Assembly: GCA_963751775.1 (NCBI GenBank)
Contig: CAVVVW010000014.1
Coordinates: 1-24,000 of the forward strand
DNA length: 24,000 bases
DNA from: an uncultured beta proteobacterium
GTDB taxonomy: Bacteria; Pseudomonadota; Gammaproteobacteria; Burkholderiales; Burkholderiaceae_C
Direction: 5' to 3'
The first letter of the stretch is position 1. Every line of letters starts with the position of its first letter. Positions 12,814 through 21,546 of the stretch are shown one piece after another. Made by a program: the position numbers and the translations under genes. The notes under the pieces are model-generated. The model was not told where the DNA came from, did not search any database, and was given only the letters and a program-made list of their open reading frames with translations.

Positions 12814-13855
12814 ATGGACGACCAACACGACTCCCCCGCTGCCGAGCCGCCCGGCGCCACTCCCGCGGCCGTCGATCGCCCGTCGCTTCAGCCGCCGGTA
12901 CGCCTGTTGCCGGCGCTTCGCGAGGCGATCCGGGTGCGGCACTACTCGCTGCGCACGGAGCAGGCTTATGTCGGCTGGGTGCGCCGCTTCGTGCACTTCC
13001 ACGGCTTGCGCCACCCGCGCGAACTCGGTGCACCCGAGGTCGAGGCGTTCCTGACGCAACTGGCCAGCCTGCGCAATGTGTCGTCGTCGACGCAAGGCCA
13101 GGCCAAGTCGGCATTGCTGTTCCTGTACAAGCAGGTGCTCGGCATCGAGTTGCCCTGGCTCGACGAGGTCGTCTCGGCCAAGGCTTCGCGGCGCTTGCCT
13201 GTGGTGCTGACGCCGCGCGAGGTGCGCGAGTTGCTGCTCAACCTCGAGGGCGGTACGGCAGGCTTGGTCGTGGCGTTGCTCTACGGCACCGGCATGCGCT
13301 TGCTCGAAGGCTTGCGCCTGCGCGTCAAGGACGTCGAATTCGAGCGCCGGGAAATCATCGTGCGCGAAGGCAAGGGCGGCAAGGATCGTGTGACCGTGTT
13401 GCCCGAGAACCTGATCGCGCCGCTGCGCGGCACAGCTCGAGCTGGCGCGCGAGTGGCATCGCAAGGACGCGGCTGCCGGTCGCGCCGGCGTGTGGCTGCC
13501 CGATGCGCTGGCGCTCAAGTACCCCAAGGCCGCGACGGCGTGGGGCTGGCAATGGGTGTTCGCCAGCCCCACGTTGTCGATCGACCCGCGCAGCGGCGTC
13601 GAACGGCGCCACCACCTGCACGAGCAATCGGTTCAGCGCGCGGTGGCCGGCGCCGCGCGCCGCGCCGGCATCGACAAGCCCTGCACGCCGCACGTGCTGC
13701 GCCATTCGTTCGCCACCCACATGCTGCAGCAGGGCTACGACATCCGCACCGTGCAGGAGCTGCTCGGCCACAGCGACGTGAAGACGACGATGATCTACAC
13801 CCACGTGCTCAACCGCGGCGGGCGCGGCGTGATGAGCCCGCTGGATCGGATCTGA
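12814..13855 (+). pseudogene. intI: integron integrase IntI (tyrosine recombinase with the IntI-specific insertion), one +1 frameshift near 13427-13431
   Basis: The N-terminal frame gives ...[30 protein letters not shown]...[21 protein letters not shown]...[25 protein letters not shown]. The next frame gives [66 protein letters not shown]...[37 protein letters not shown]. The ALxxKYPxA...W.WVF...DPRSG..RRHH block is the IntI hallmark. 1042 nt = 347 codons + 1. Confidence 0.9.
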
Positions 13856-13874
13856 AGGTGATCGGCACAGCGAA

Positions 13875-13894
13875 CCCGACACCTGCGTGTCGGG
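13875..13894. terminator. perfect 8-bp hairpin between the convergent intI and higA genes
   Basis: CCCGACAC-ctgc-GTGTCGGG, read directly. There is no clear T-tract, so Rho-independent function is uncertain. Confidence 0.45.
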
Positions 13895-13905
13895 GCCGTG
13901 CAGCG

Positions 13906-14214
13906 CTACGCTGCCAACACTTCGCGCGGCACGACGCGCCGCTTGATGTCGGCGCGTGTGGGCAGGGTCTTCAGGTCGTAGTCCGCCTGCAGCGCCAGCC
14001 AGGAAGCAGCGTCACCGCCGAAGTGCCGCGCCAGCCGCTCAGCAGTGTCGGCGCTGACGCCGCGGCGCTCCTTGACGATCTCGTGGATACGCGTTGCCGG
14101 TACCGCCAGGGCGGCGGCCAACGCGTTCACGCTAAGTCCCAGCGGGGCGAGAAACTCTTCGCGCAAAACTTCACCGGGGTGTACCGGACGCATGCGGTTT
14201 GCAGGGCGGGTCAT
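13906..14214 (-). CDS. higA: HigA family antitoxin (XRE-type HTH), 102 aa
   Basis: ...[57 protein letters not shown] is the canonical HigA/VapI HTH pattern. It lies 12 nt downstream of the toxin gene. Confidence 0.9.
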   Translation of the reverse strand: MTRPANRMRPVHPGEVLREEFLAPLGLSVNALAAALAVPATRIHEIVKERRGVSADTAERLARHFGGDAASWLALQADYDLKTLPTRADIKRRVVPREVLAA

Positions 14215-14226
14215 GATTCAACTCCT

Positions 14227-14505
14227 TCAGTGGTAATCGACGATCTCGACACCGGCCGGGCCGTTCTCGGTCCAGGAAAAGCAGGCGCGCCACTGATCGT
14301 TGACGCGGATGCTGTACTGGCCGGCGCGTTCACCTTTCAGTGCCTCGAGCCGATTACCGGGTGGGCTGCGCAGAAATTCAAGCGTTCGCGCCGCATCGAG
14401 CATCGCGAGTTTGCGAATTGCCGCAGCCTCGATGGCGCGAAATCGCCTCGGGTGTCGGCCCTCGAACAGCGCTTGCGTGTCCTTGCAGCGGAACGATACG
14501 ATCAC
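14227..14505 (-). CDS. higB: HigB-type (RelE/ParE superfamily, 'plasmid maintenance system killer') toxin, 92 aa
   Basis: (M)[38 protein letters not shown]...[24 protein letters not shown] is the typical HigB pattern. GTG start at 14505-14503. Confidence 0.9.
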   Translation of the reverse strand: MIVSFRCKDTQALFEGRHPRRFRAIEAAAIRKLAMLDAARTLEFLRSPPGNRLEALKGERAGQYSIRVNDQWRACFSWTENGPAGVEIVDYH

Positions 14506-14515
14506 GCCGCAATGA

Positions 14516-14534
14516 TATTACGTTGAACGTAATA
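14516..14534. promoter_or_regulatory. candidate HigA operator: perfect palindrome TATTACGT-tga-ACGTAATA just upstream of higB
   Basis: Read directly. It lies 11-29 nt upstream of the higB start. TA operons are classically autoregulated through such palindromes. Confidence 0.5.
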
Positions 14535-14572
14535 CGGCAAGCAGGATGCGCTGGCGCTCGTTTGCCGCTCAA

Positions 14573-15199
14573 TCAGCGCGGCCGCGAAGACAACGCCGCG
14601 GTATAGAGGCCCAGGCCGATGTAGGTCGCCGCGGCGGCGTAGCGGCCGAGCCCCGCGATGCGCTGCGCGCCGCGGCCGGCCAGCGCCCGGCCCACCGCGC
14701 CGGCCAGCAGCACGTAGCCGCTGTCGGTGGCGGCGGCCAGCAGCACGAACACGCCGCCGAGCAGCGCCGCCTGCGGCGCCGCGGCCGCGGCGGGGTCCAT
14801 GAACTGCGGCAGGAAGGCGGCGAAGAACAGCGCCGTCTTCGGGTTCAGCAAGGCCACGACGAAGCCGTCGCGAAAGATGATCGCCAGCCGCGGCGCGCCG
14901 AACGCGCCCGGCGCCGCAGCGGCCGCCGGCGGCTGCCGCAAGGCCTGCACGCCCAGCCACACCAGGTACGCCGCGCCGGCCCATTTGACGATCGTGAACG
15001 CCGCCGACGAAATCGCGAACAGCGCGGCCAGCCCGAGCGAGGCGCCGAGCGCGTTGCCCAGGTTGCCCAGCGCCACGCCGGCCACCGAAGCCAGGCCCGC
15101 GCTGCGCCCCTGCGCCAGCGTGCGCGCCACGATGTAGGCCACGCCCGGCCCCGGCGTCACGGCCAGCACCAGGCTGGCGAGCAGGAAGGCAATTGACAT
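14573..15199 (-). CDS. LysE/RhtB family amino-acid exporter, 208 aa
   Basis: MSIAFLLASLVLAVTPGPGVAYIVARTLAQGRSAGL...NPKTALFFAAFLPQF is the LysE family signature. Confidence 0.9.
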   Translation of the reverse strand: MSIAFLLASLVLAVTPGPGVAYIVARTLAQGRSAGLASVAGVALGNLGNALGASLGLAALFAISSAAFTIVKWAGAAYLVWLGVQALRQPPAAAAAPGAFGAPRLAIIFRDGFVVALLNPKTALFFAAFLPQFMDPAAAAAPQAALLGGVFVLLAAATDSGYVLLAGAVGRALAGRGAQRIAGLGRYAAAATYIGLGLYTAALSSRPR

Positions 15200-15208
15200 G
15201 TCGAGCCC

Positions 15209-15276
15209 TCAGGCCAGCGCCGGGCCGCCCAGCGGCCTGAGCTCCCCTGGGGGACGCGAGCGCAGCGAGCCAGGGG
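15209..15276 (+). repeat. REP-like two-hairpin intergenic repeat, copy 1
   Basis: tcaggccagcgccgGGCCGCccaGCGGCCtgagctCCCCTGGgggacgcgagcgcagcgagCCAGGGG. It is near-identical to 21471-21542 (differences are small indels in the first loop and after CCCCT). Confidence 0.85.
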
Positions 15277-15284
15277 CAGTCATA

Positions 15285-16053
15285 TCACTCTTCGAGCTCG
15301 GACTTGGCCAGCTCGACGTCGAGCCGCTCCATCGCGTCGGCCGGCGTGCAGGCGGCGGCGTCGGCATACAGCTTCTCGGCTTCCTTCATCTTCTTGTCGC
15401 CCTCGAGCATCACCAGCCCGTTGGCGTACTCGATCATCGCGATCGCGCTGTCGGGGTTGAGCTTGAGCGCCTGCTGGAACAGCGCCAGCCCGATGGCCTT
15501 GCTCGCGCCCTGCGTCTTGCCCAGCAGCGTGCCCACCTTGTCGATCACCTCGGCATGGAAGGCGCCCAGCGCGATATGCGCGTCGGCATGCTTGGGCGCC
15601 AGCGCGATCGTCTTTTCGAGCGCGGCCTTCACCTTCACGCCCAGGCCCTGCGACAGCGCCTTGGCCACGCTGATGCCCTGGCTGTAGCGGCCGATGGCGT
15701 AGGCCATCCAGTAATGCGCGTTGGGGTTCTTCGGCTCGGCGGCGGCCTGCGCCTGCGCGCGGGCCATCACTTCCTGGAACATCGCCAGCCGGGTCTTCTC
15801 GTTCTTCTCCAGGTAGTTGGCGTAGATCGCCTGCGCCTTGTTGGCCACCGTGATGCCGTCGCCGCCCGCCTTCAGGCCGGCGTCGAAGGCCTTGCGGAAT
15901 TCGCCGGCATGAAACAGCACCCAGGCGTCGAGCACCTCGCCGCCTTTCGGCGCAGGCTCGGCGTCGCCGGTGTGCAGGCGGGCCCACTGCTTCTTCAGCT
16001 TGGCGGCGTCGAAGTCGTACAGGTCGTAGCGGGAAGGCGGTCCATTTGGGCAT
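15285..16053 (-). CDS. TPR-like helical repeat protein (~255 aa); the start codon is out of frame by one nt
   Basis: The long frame reads ...PNGPPSRYDLYDFDAAKLKKQWARLH...NPNAHYWMAYAIGRYSQ...ALKLNPDSAIAMIEYANGLVML... ATG 16053 has GGAGA 9 nt upstream but is in the +1 frame (ATGCCCAAATGG). Removing one C or A gives MPNGPPSRYD... 769 nt = 256 codons + 1. Confidence 0.7.
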
Positions 16054-16078
16054 GTCGTTTGTCTCCGGTTGCGATCGG

Positions 16079-16741
16079 TCAGCTCTGGCGATAAGGCGCC
16101 ACCAGCCCGTGCAGGTGGTCGCGTTCGGCCGCTTCGAGGTAGGGCATCAGCAGGCTGAGCACATGGTAGGCGCCGCGCGAGAGCGCCGCGCCGGCGCGCT
16201 CGGCCTCGAGCGCGCGCCGCGGGTCGCGCACGTACTCGTAGCTCAGCCAGTAGGTCAGCACCACCACCATCGCGGTGGCCACCGGCTCGGCCTGCGCGGC
16301 GTCGATCTTCACCGCCTTGCCGCGCGCCAGGCCGCCGAGCACGGCCTGCACCGCGCGGCCCTTGTTCTTCAGCACCGCCTGGAAGTGCGTCTCGAGGCGG
16401 CGGTTCTTGCTCAGCAGGTCGTTCAGGTCGCGGTACAGGAAGCGGTAGCGCCAGATCAGCTCGAACAGCATGTGGAAGAACAGCCACGCGTCTTCGACGT
16501 TGCGCACGCCGTCGGCGGCGCGCAGCAATTCGTCCAGCGCCGTCTCGTAGCGGCCGAACAGGGCGTTGATCAGCTCGTCCTTGGCCGGGTAGTGGTAGTA
16601 CAGGTTGCCCGGGCTGATACTCAGCTCGGCCGAGATCGCCGTCGTGCTGACGTTGGGCTCGCCGAAGCGGTTGAACAGCTCGAGCGTGACTTCGAGGATG
16701 CGCTCGGCGGTGCGGCGCGGCTTCTTCGGGGTGTCGGCCAT
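16079..16741 (-). CDS. TetR/AcrR family transcriptional regulator, 220 aa
   Basis: ...RTAERILEVTLELFNRFGEPNVSTTAISAELSISPGNLYYHYPAKDELI is the TetR N-terminal HTH. Confidence 0.9.
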   Translation of the reverse strand: MADTPKKPRRTAERILEVTLELFNRFGEPNVSTTAISAELSISPGNLYYHYPAKDELINALFGRYETALDELLRAADGVRNVEDAWLFFHMLFELIWRYRFLYRDLNDLLSKNRRLETHFQAVLKNKGRAVQAVLGGLARGKAVKIDAAQAEPVATAMVVVLTYWLSYEYVRDPRRALEAERAGAALSRGAYHVLSLLMPYLEAAERDHLHGLVAPYRQS

Positions 16742-16753
16742 GGTGCGGGCGAT

Positions 16754-17617
16754 TCAGGCGGCCGGCTGCGGCCGGGCTTCGAGCGAGCGGCTGAACAGCA
16801 CCAGCGCCACGCCGCCGAGGATCGCGGCCGACGCCAGCACCAGGCGCAGCGAAAACGCCTCCGCCAGCAGCAGCACGCCGGCGATGGCCGCCAGCGGCGG
16901 CACCGACAACTGCACGCTGGCCGCGCGCAGCGCAGACAGGCCGGGCAGCGCGGCATACCAGACCACGTAGCCCAGGCCCGAGGTCACGGCGCCCGACGCG
17001 ATGGCCAGTGCCACGCCGCCGGCGCTGGCGTGCATGGCGCCGGCGAAGGCGACGCTGAGTGCCAGCGCCAGCGGCGCGGCGCGCAGGAAGTTGCCGGCCG
17101 TGGCGGCCGTCGCGTCGCCCGCGCCGCGGCCGCGCAGCGTGTACACGCCCCAGGACACGCCGGCCACGGTCATCAGCGTCGCGCCCAGCGGCGCCGGCGC
17201 GGCGATGCCGGGCGACACCAGGTAGAGCAGGCCGGCCACCGCCAGCGCCAGCCCGCACCAGGCGCTGGCGGCGAAGCGCTCGCCGGCGTGCAGCCCGGCG
17301 CCGAACATCGTCAACTGCACCGCGCCGAACAGGATCAGCGCGCCGGTGCCGGCGGCCAGCGACAGGTAGGCGAACGAGAAGCAGGCCACGTAGGCCCACA
17401 GCATCACGGCGGCCAGCCAATCGGTGCGCGCGGTGGCGGGCGGGCTCGCGCGCAGACGCATGATGGCCGCCAGCACCACCGCGCCCGACACCAGCCGCAC
17501 GCTGCCGAAGCTGGCCGGGTCGATGCTCGCCTGCTGCAGCGCCAGCCGGCACAACAGCGAGTTGGCGGCAAAGGCCAGCATCGCCACGGCGGTGAGCAGC
17601 AGGGTGCGGGCAGACAT
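16754..17617 (-). CDS. EamA/DMT family transporter, 287 aa
   Basis: About 10 predicted TM helices with a duplicated EamA-like pattern (...AFAANSLLCRLAL..., ...SGAVTSGLGYVVWYAALPGLSA...). It lies 12 nt upstream of the TetR gene and is probably in one operon with it. Confidence 0.85.
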   Translation of the reverse strand: MSARTLLLTAVAMLAFAANSLLCRLALQQASIDPASFGSVRLVSGAVVLAAIMRLRASPPATARTDWLAAVMLWAYVACFSFAYLSLAAGTGALILFGAVQLTMFGAGLHAGERFAASAWCGLALAVAGLLYLVSPGIAAPAPLGATLMTVAGVSWGVYTLRGRGAGDATAATAGNFLRAAPLALALSVAFAGAMHASAGGVALAIASGAVTSGLGYVVWYAALPGLSALRAASVQLSVPPLAAIAGVLLLAEAFSLRLVLASAAILGGVALVLFSRSLEARPQPAA

Positions 17618-17683
17618 GCGTCGAGGGTGGCCAGGCAGAGGGGCCGCCAGTATCGCGCAGCACGCTGCCTACAATCGACCGCC

Positions 17684-18607
17684 ATGCCCGCTGCCGTTGT
17701 GTTCGACCGTGTTGCCAAGATCTATCCCAGCCGCTCCGGTGCCCGCGCCGATGTTCACGCCCTCGACGGCGTGTCGCTGGCCATCGAGGAGGGCGAGTTC
17801 TTCGGCCTGCTCGGCCCCAACGGCGCCGGCAAGACGACGCTGATCTCGGTGCTCGCGGGCCTGACGCGCGCCAGCACCGGCCGCGTCACGGTGATGGGCC
17901 ACGACGTGGTGGCCGACTACGCCGCCGCGCGCCGGGCCATCGGCGTGGTGCCGCAGGAACTGGTGTTCGACCCCTTCTTCTCGGTCGGCGAGTGCCTGCG
18001 CATCCAGAGCGGCTACTTCGGCATCCGCGACAACGGCGCCTGGATCGCCGAGTTGCTGGCCGGGCTGGGCCTGGCCGACAAGGCCGACGTCAACATGCGC
18101 GCGCTGTCGGGCGGCATGAAGCGCCGCGTGCTGGTGGCGCAGGCGCTGGTGCACAAGCCGCCGGTGATCGTGCTCGACGAGCCGACGGCCGGTGTCGACG
18201 TCGAATTGCGCCAGACGCTGTGGGGCTTCATCGCCAGGCTGAACAAGCAGGGCCACACCGTGCTGCTGACGACGCATTACCTCGAAGAGGCCGAGGCGCT
18301 GTGCGGCCGCATCGCGATGTTGAAGCAGGGCCGCGTCGTGGCGCTCGACCGCACCGCGAACCTGCTCGCCGGCACCGCCAGCACCATGCTGCGCTTCAAG
18401 ACCGACCAGGCCTTGCCGCCAGCAGTGGCGGCACATGCCCGCGTGACCGGCCGCATGGCCCAGGTCACGGCGCACGACGCGGCCGAGGTCGAGACCATCC
18501 TCGGCCAGTTGCGCCAGGCCGACGTGAAAGTCGAAGACCTCGAGATCGGCCGTGCCGACCTGGAAGACGTGTTCCTCGAGATCATGCAGCGCGAGACCGT
18601 GGCATGA
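17684..18607 (+). CDS. ABC transporter ATP-binding protein (ABC-2 exporter type), 307 aa
   Basis: Walker A GPNGAGKTT, signature LSGGMKRR, Walker B VIVLDEPTAGVD and the H-loop TTHYLEE are all present in the C-terminal part of ORF 16046..18607. ATG at 17684. Confidence 0.9.
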   Translation: MPAAVVFDRVAKIYPSRSGARADVHALDGVSLAIEEGEFFGLLGPNGAGKTTLISVLAGLTRASTGRVTVMGHDVVADYAAARRAIGVVPQELVFDPFFSVGECLRIQSGYFGIRDNGAWIAELLAGLGLADKADVNMRALSGGMKRRVLVAQALVHKPPVIVLDEPTAGVDVELRQTLWGFIARLNKQGHTVLLTTHYLEEAEALCGRIAMLKQGRVVALDRTANLLAGTASTMLRFKTDQALPPAVAAHARVTGRMAQVTAHDAAEVETILGQLRQADVKVEDLEIGRADLEDVFLEIMQRETVA

Positions 18608-18662
18608 GCCGACGGGCCGCTCCCAAGGCGAATACCGCAGTGCGCAGCACGGAGGTCACCTG

Positions 18663-19424
18663 ATGAACCTCGCCGGCGCCAGAACCCTGTTCGACAAGGA
18701 GATCCTGCGCTTCTGGAAGGTCAGCGTGCAGACCGTCGCCGCGCCGGTGCTGACGGCGGTGCTCTACCTGCTGATCTTCGGCCATGTGCTGGAAGACCAT
18801 GTGCAGGTCTTCCCCGGCGTGGGCTACACCAGCTTTCTGGTGCCCGGGCTGGTGATGATGAGCGTGCTGCAGAACGCCTACGCCAACAGCAGCAGCTCGC
18901 TGATCCAGAGCAAGGTCACCGGCAACCTGGTGTTCCTGCTGGTCACGCCGCTGTCGCACTGGGCCTGGTTCGCGGCCTATGTCGGTGCCAGCGTGGTGCG
19001 CGGGCTGGCGGTCGGGCTCGGCGTGTTCGCGGTCACGGTCTGGTTTGCGCCGCCGCACTTCGCCGAGCCCTGGTGGATCGTCGTCTTCGCCGTGCTCGGC
19101 GCGGCCATGCTCGGCACGCTGGGCCTGATCGCCGGGCTGTGGGCGGAGAAGTTCGACCAGACCGCGGCGTTCCAGAACTTCATCATCATGCCGATGACGT
19201 TCCTGTCGGGCGTGTTCTATTCGGTGCACTCGCTGCCGACGTTCTGGCTCGCGCTGTCGCACGCCAACCCGTTCTTCTACATGATCGACGGTTTCCGGCG
19301 CGGCTTCTTCGGCGCCAGCGACGCCTCGCCGTGGTTGAGCCTGGCGGTGGTGGCCGCGAGTTTCGCCATCGTCGCCGCCGTCGCGCTGCGCCTGCTGGCC
19401 ACCGGCTACAAGATTCGCAACTGA
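18663..19424 (+). CDS. ABC-2 type transporter permease, 253 aa
   Basis: MNLAGARTLFDKEILRFWKVSVQTVAAPVLTAVLYLLIFG... It has six hydrophobic segments and follows the ATPase gene. Confidence 0.85.
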   Translation: MNLAGARTLFDKEILRFWKVSVQTVAAPVLTAVLYLLIFGHVLEDHVQVFPGVGYTSFLVPGLVMMSVLQNAYANSSSSLIQSKVTGNLVFLLVTPLSHWAWFAAYVGASVVRGLAVGLGVFAVTVWFAPPHFAEPWWIVVFAVLGAAMLGTLGLIAGLWAEKFDQTAAFQNFIIMPMTFLSGVFYSVHSLPTFWLALSHANPFFYMIDGFRRGFFGASDASPWLSLAVVAASFAIVAAVALRLLATGYKIRN

Positions 19425-19437
19425 TCCTGGGCCTGGA

Positions 19438-19538
19438 CTCCCGTTCATCCTGAGCTTGGCCCTCCGCTTACCTGCGCTTGGCCTCCCGTTCATCGTGAGC
19501 GCGTCGAAGGACGGGTTTCGACAGGTTCAGCCCGAACG
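19438..19538. repeat. REP/MITE-like element: degenerate ~22-bp direct repeats followed by an imperfect palindrome
   Basis: ctcccgttcatcctgagc (19438-19455) and ctcccgttcatcgtgagc (19483-19500) are direct repeats. The palindrome CCGTTCatcgTGAGCgcGTCGAAggacgggtTTCGACagGTTCAgcccGAACGG spans 19486-19538. The M48 stop (19527-19529) lies inside it. Confidence 0.7.
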
Positions 19539-21459
19539 GTCAACAGGTGCCGGGGCCAGCGACTCGGGCAGCGGCACGTCGAGCAGCAGGCAGGCCAGGT
19601 GCAAGGCGTCGCCGGTGCCGGCGTGCGCGGCCAGGCCGCTCTGCTCGGCCGCCAGCAGCCAGGCGCGCACCAGCAGCGGCCGCTGCATCGGGCCGACGCG
19701 GCGCACGCGCAACGCGAGCTGCAATTCGCGCCGCTGCGTCGGCGGCGCCAGGCCGGCGCTCGGGCCGCGCGGCGCCGGTGCGCCGTACTCGGTGAGCGCC
19801 GCCGCGGCGGCCTGGCGCCAGGCCTGGGTGGCATCGGCGGGCGCGCCCAGCACGCGGGCGAGCTGATGGCTGGCGGCGTGGGCCGCGTGCGCGTGCCGCT
19901 CCAACGCAGCCGCAGCGCCGCCGGCATGCTGTGCCGGTGCGGCGCGCGGGCTGAGCAGCAGGCGCAGCGCCAGCGCCTGCCACTCGGCGGCGGCGCTCGG
20001 CGGCAGCGCGGCGCCGCGCCGCCGCAGCGCGCGCCATTGCTGGCGGCGCTGGCCGGCCGGGGCGCTGCGCGCGCGTTGCATCAGCGTGGTGAAGACCTGC
20101 CTTCGCGCCGCCGGCCCCAGCGCCTCGATCTCGCGCCGCACCGCCGCGGCGACGTTCAGGTCGGCGGTGGCCGTGAGCCACGCCTCCCAGCGCGCCGGGG
20201 CGTCCGGCGCCGCCGGGCTGATCGCCAGCGCCAGCATCGCCGCCTGCCACTCGCCCGGGCCGTGCCAGCGCTCGATGCGATCGAGCGCCTCGCGCTCGCG
20301 CTCGCGGGCGTCGAACGAGCTCGGCCGCTGGAAGGCGTCGTGGCGTTCGGCTTCGGACTTCATGTCGTTGTGGGGCCTGGTGCTGCCGAGCGGCATTGTC
20401 GGCGCGATGTGCATCGCGGCGCCGAATGGTTCGATCTCGTCGCCGACCTCGGGCACGTACTCGACCACTTCGGCGGCCACCGGCAGTACCGCATGTCCGT
20501 ACAGCCGGCGCAGCCGCTCGGCCAGCGGCGGATGGGTTTGCCACAGGCCGTTCCAGTCGCGTGCCCGCACGGTGCGCGAGCAGCAGGTGCGCCAGGCTCG
20601 CGGCGTGCGCGCTTTGCAGGCCGGCGCGGCCGCGCATCTGCTGGTCGGCGATCTTGCGCAGCGCGCCGCCCAGGCCGTCGACGGCGCGCGTGTACTTCAC
20701 GGCCGAGGCGTCGGCCAGGAACTCGCGCTGACGGCTGACGGCGGCCTGCAGCAGCCGGCCCGCGGCCCAGCCGAGCGCGCCGACGGCCATCAGCCCGAGG
20801 CCGAACAGCGCGGCCGGGCCACGCCGGCCGTTCTCGTCGCTGTCCCACATCGACACACCCAGGCCCCAGATCATCTGCAGGCCCCAGACCAGACCGACCA
20901 GGCGCATGTTCAGCCGCGTGTCGCCATGCACCAGGTGGCTGAACTCGTGCGCCACCACGCCCTGCAGTTCGGCGCGCGTCAGGCGTTCGAGCGCGCCGCG
21001 CGTGACGGCGACGACCGCGTCGCTGCCGCCCCAGCCGGCGGCCAGGGCGTTGATCGCGTCGTCGCGCGGCAGCACCCAGGCCGCGGGCGTCACGCTGTGG
21101 CCGCTGGCGATGACCATCTCCTGCACCGTGTTGGCGAATCGTCGCTCGAGCCGGCCGAGGTCGCCGCCGGCCGAAACCTGGGCCTCGCGCCCGCCGGCCA
21201 GCCGCGCCACGTGCACGCCGCCTTCGCGCAGGCGCAGCGATTCGATCCAGCAGCCGCCGAGCACGAACAGCAGTACCAGCGCGCTGTTGGTCTCGAAGAA
21301 CAGCGCCGGAAAGCCGTGTGCGAACGGGAAGGTCAGCTTGTAGATCAGCGCCAGCACGACGTTGACCGCGACCACCAGCCCGACCACGACCAGCGCGAAC
21401 AGCGCCAGCAGCTGCAGCGTGGCCTGGTTGGCGGTCTGCTCGTGCTGGCGAAAAAGCAT
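19527..21459 (-). pseudogene. M48 family (HtpX-like) zinc metallopeptidase with a long Ala/Arg-rich C-terminal extension; one frameshift near 20561-20580
   Basis: The N-terminal frame (ORF 19540..21459) has TM helices and HEFSHLVHGD (HExxH) ...SRQREFLADASAVKYT. The continuation is in ORF 19527..20570: RARDWNGLWQTHPPLAERLRRLYG..., the M48 C-terminal THPPxxxR motif. 1933 nt = 644 codons + 1. Confidence 0.8.
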
Positions 21460-21470
21460 CTAACTTTGAA

Positions 21471-21542
21471 TCAGGCCAGCGCCGGGCCGCTCCCAAGCGG
21501 CCTGAGCTCCCCTCGGGGGACGCGAGCGCAGCGAGCCAGGGG
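21471..21542 (+). repeat. REP-like two-hairpin intergenic repeat, copy 2
   Basis: tcaggccagcgccgGGCCGCTcccaAGCGGCCtgagctCCCCTcGGgggacgcgagcgcagcgagCCAGGGG. It has the same orientation and the same relative position (between two minus-strand genes) as copy 1. Confidence 0.85.
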
Positions 21543-21546
21543 ACGG

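Noticed and set aside
15285-17663. 792-aa minus-strand ORF spanning the TPR-like, TetR and EamA regions
   Set aside because: Only the C-terminal ~255 codons look like a real (TPR-like) protein. The rest lies out of frame over the TetR and EamA genes and is low-complexity Arg/Gly/Ala text.
16046-18607. 853-aa + strand ORF, which looks like one giant gene
   Set aside because: Only the last 307 codons (from ATG 17684) show ABC ATPase motifs. The upstream 540 codons are Arg/Ala/Gly/His-rich text antisense to the well-supported TetR and EamA genes. This is a typical GC-rich open-frame artefact.
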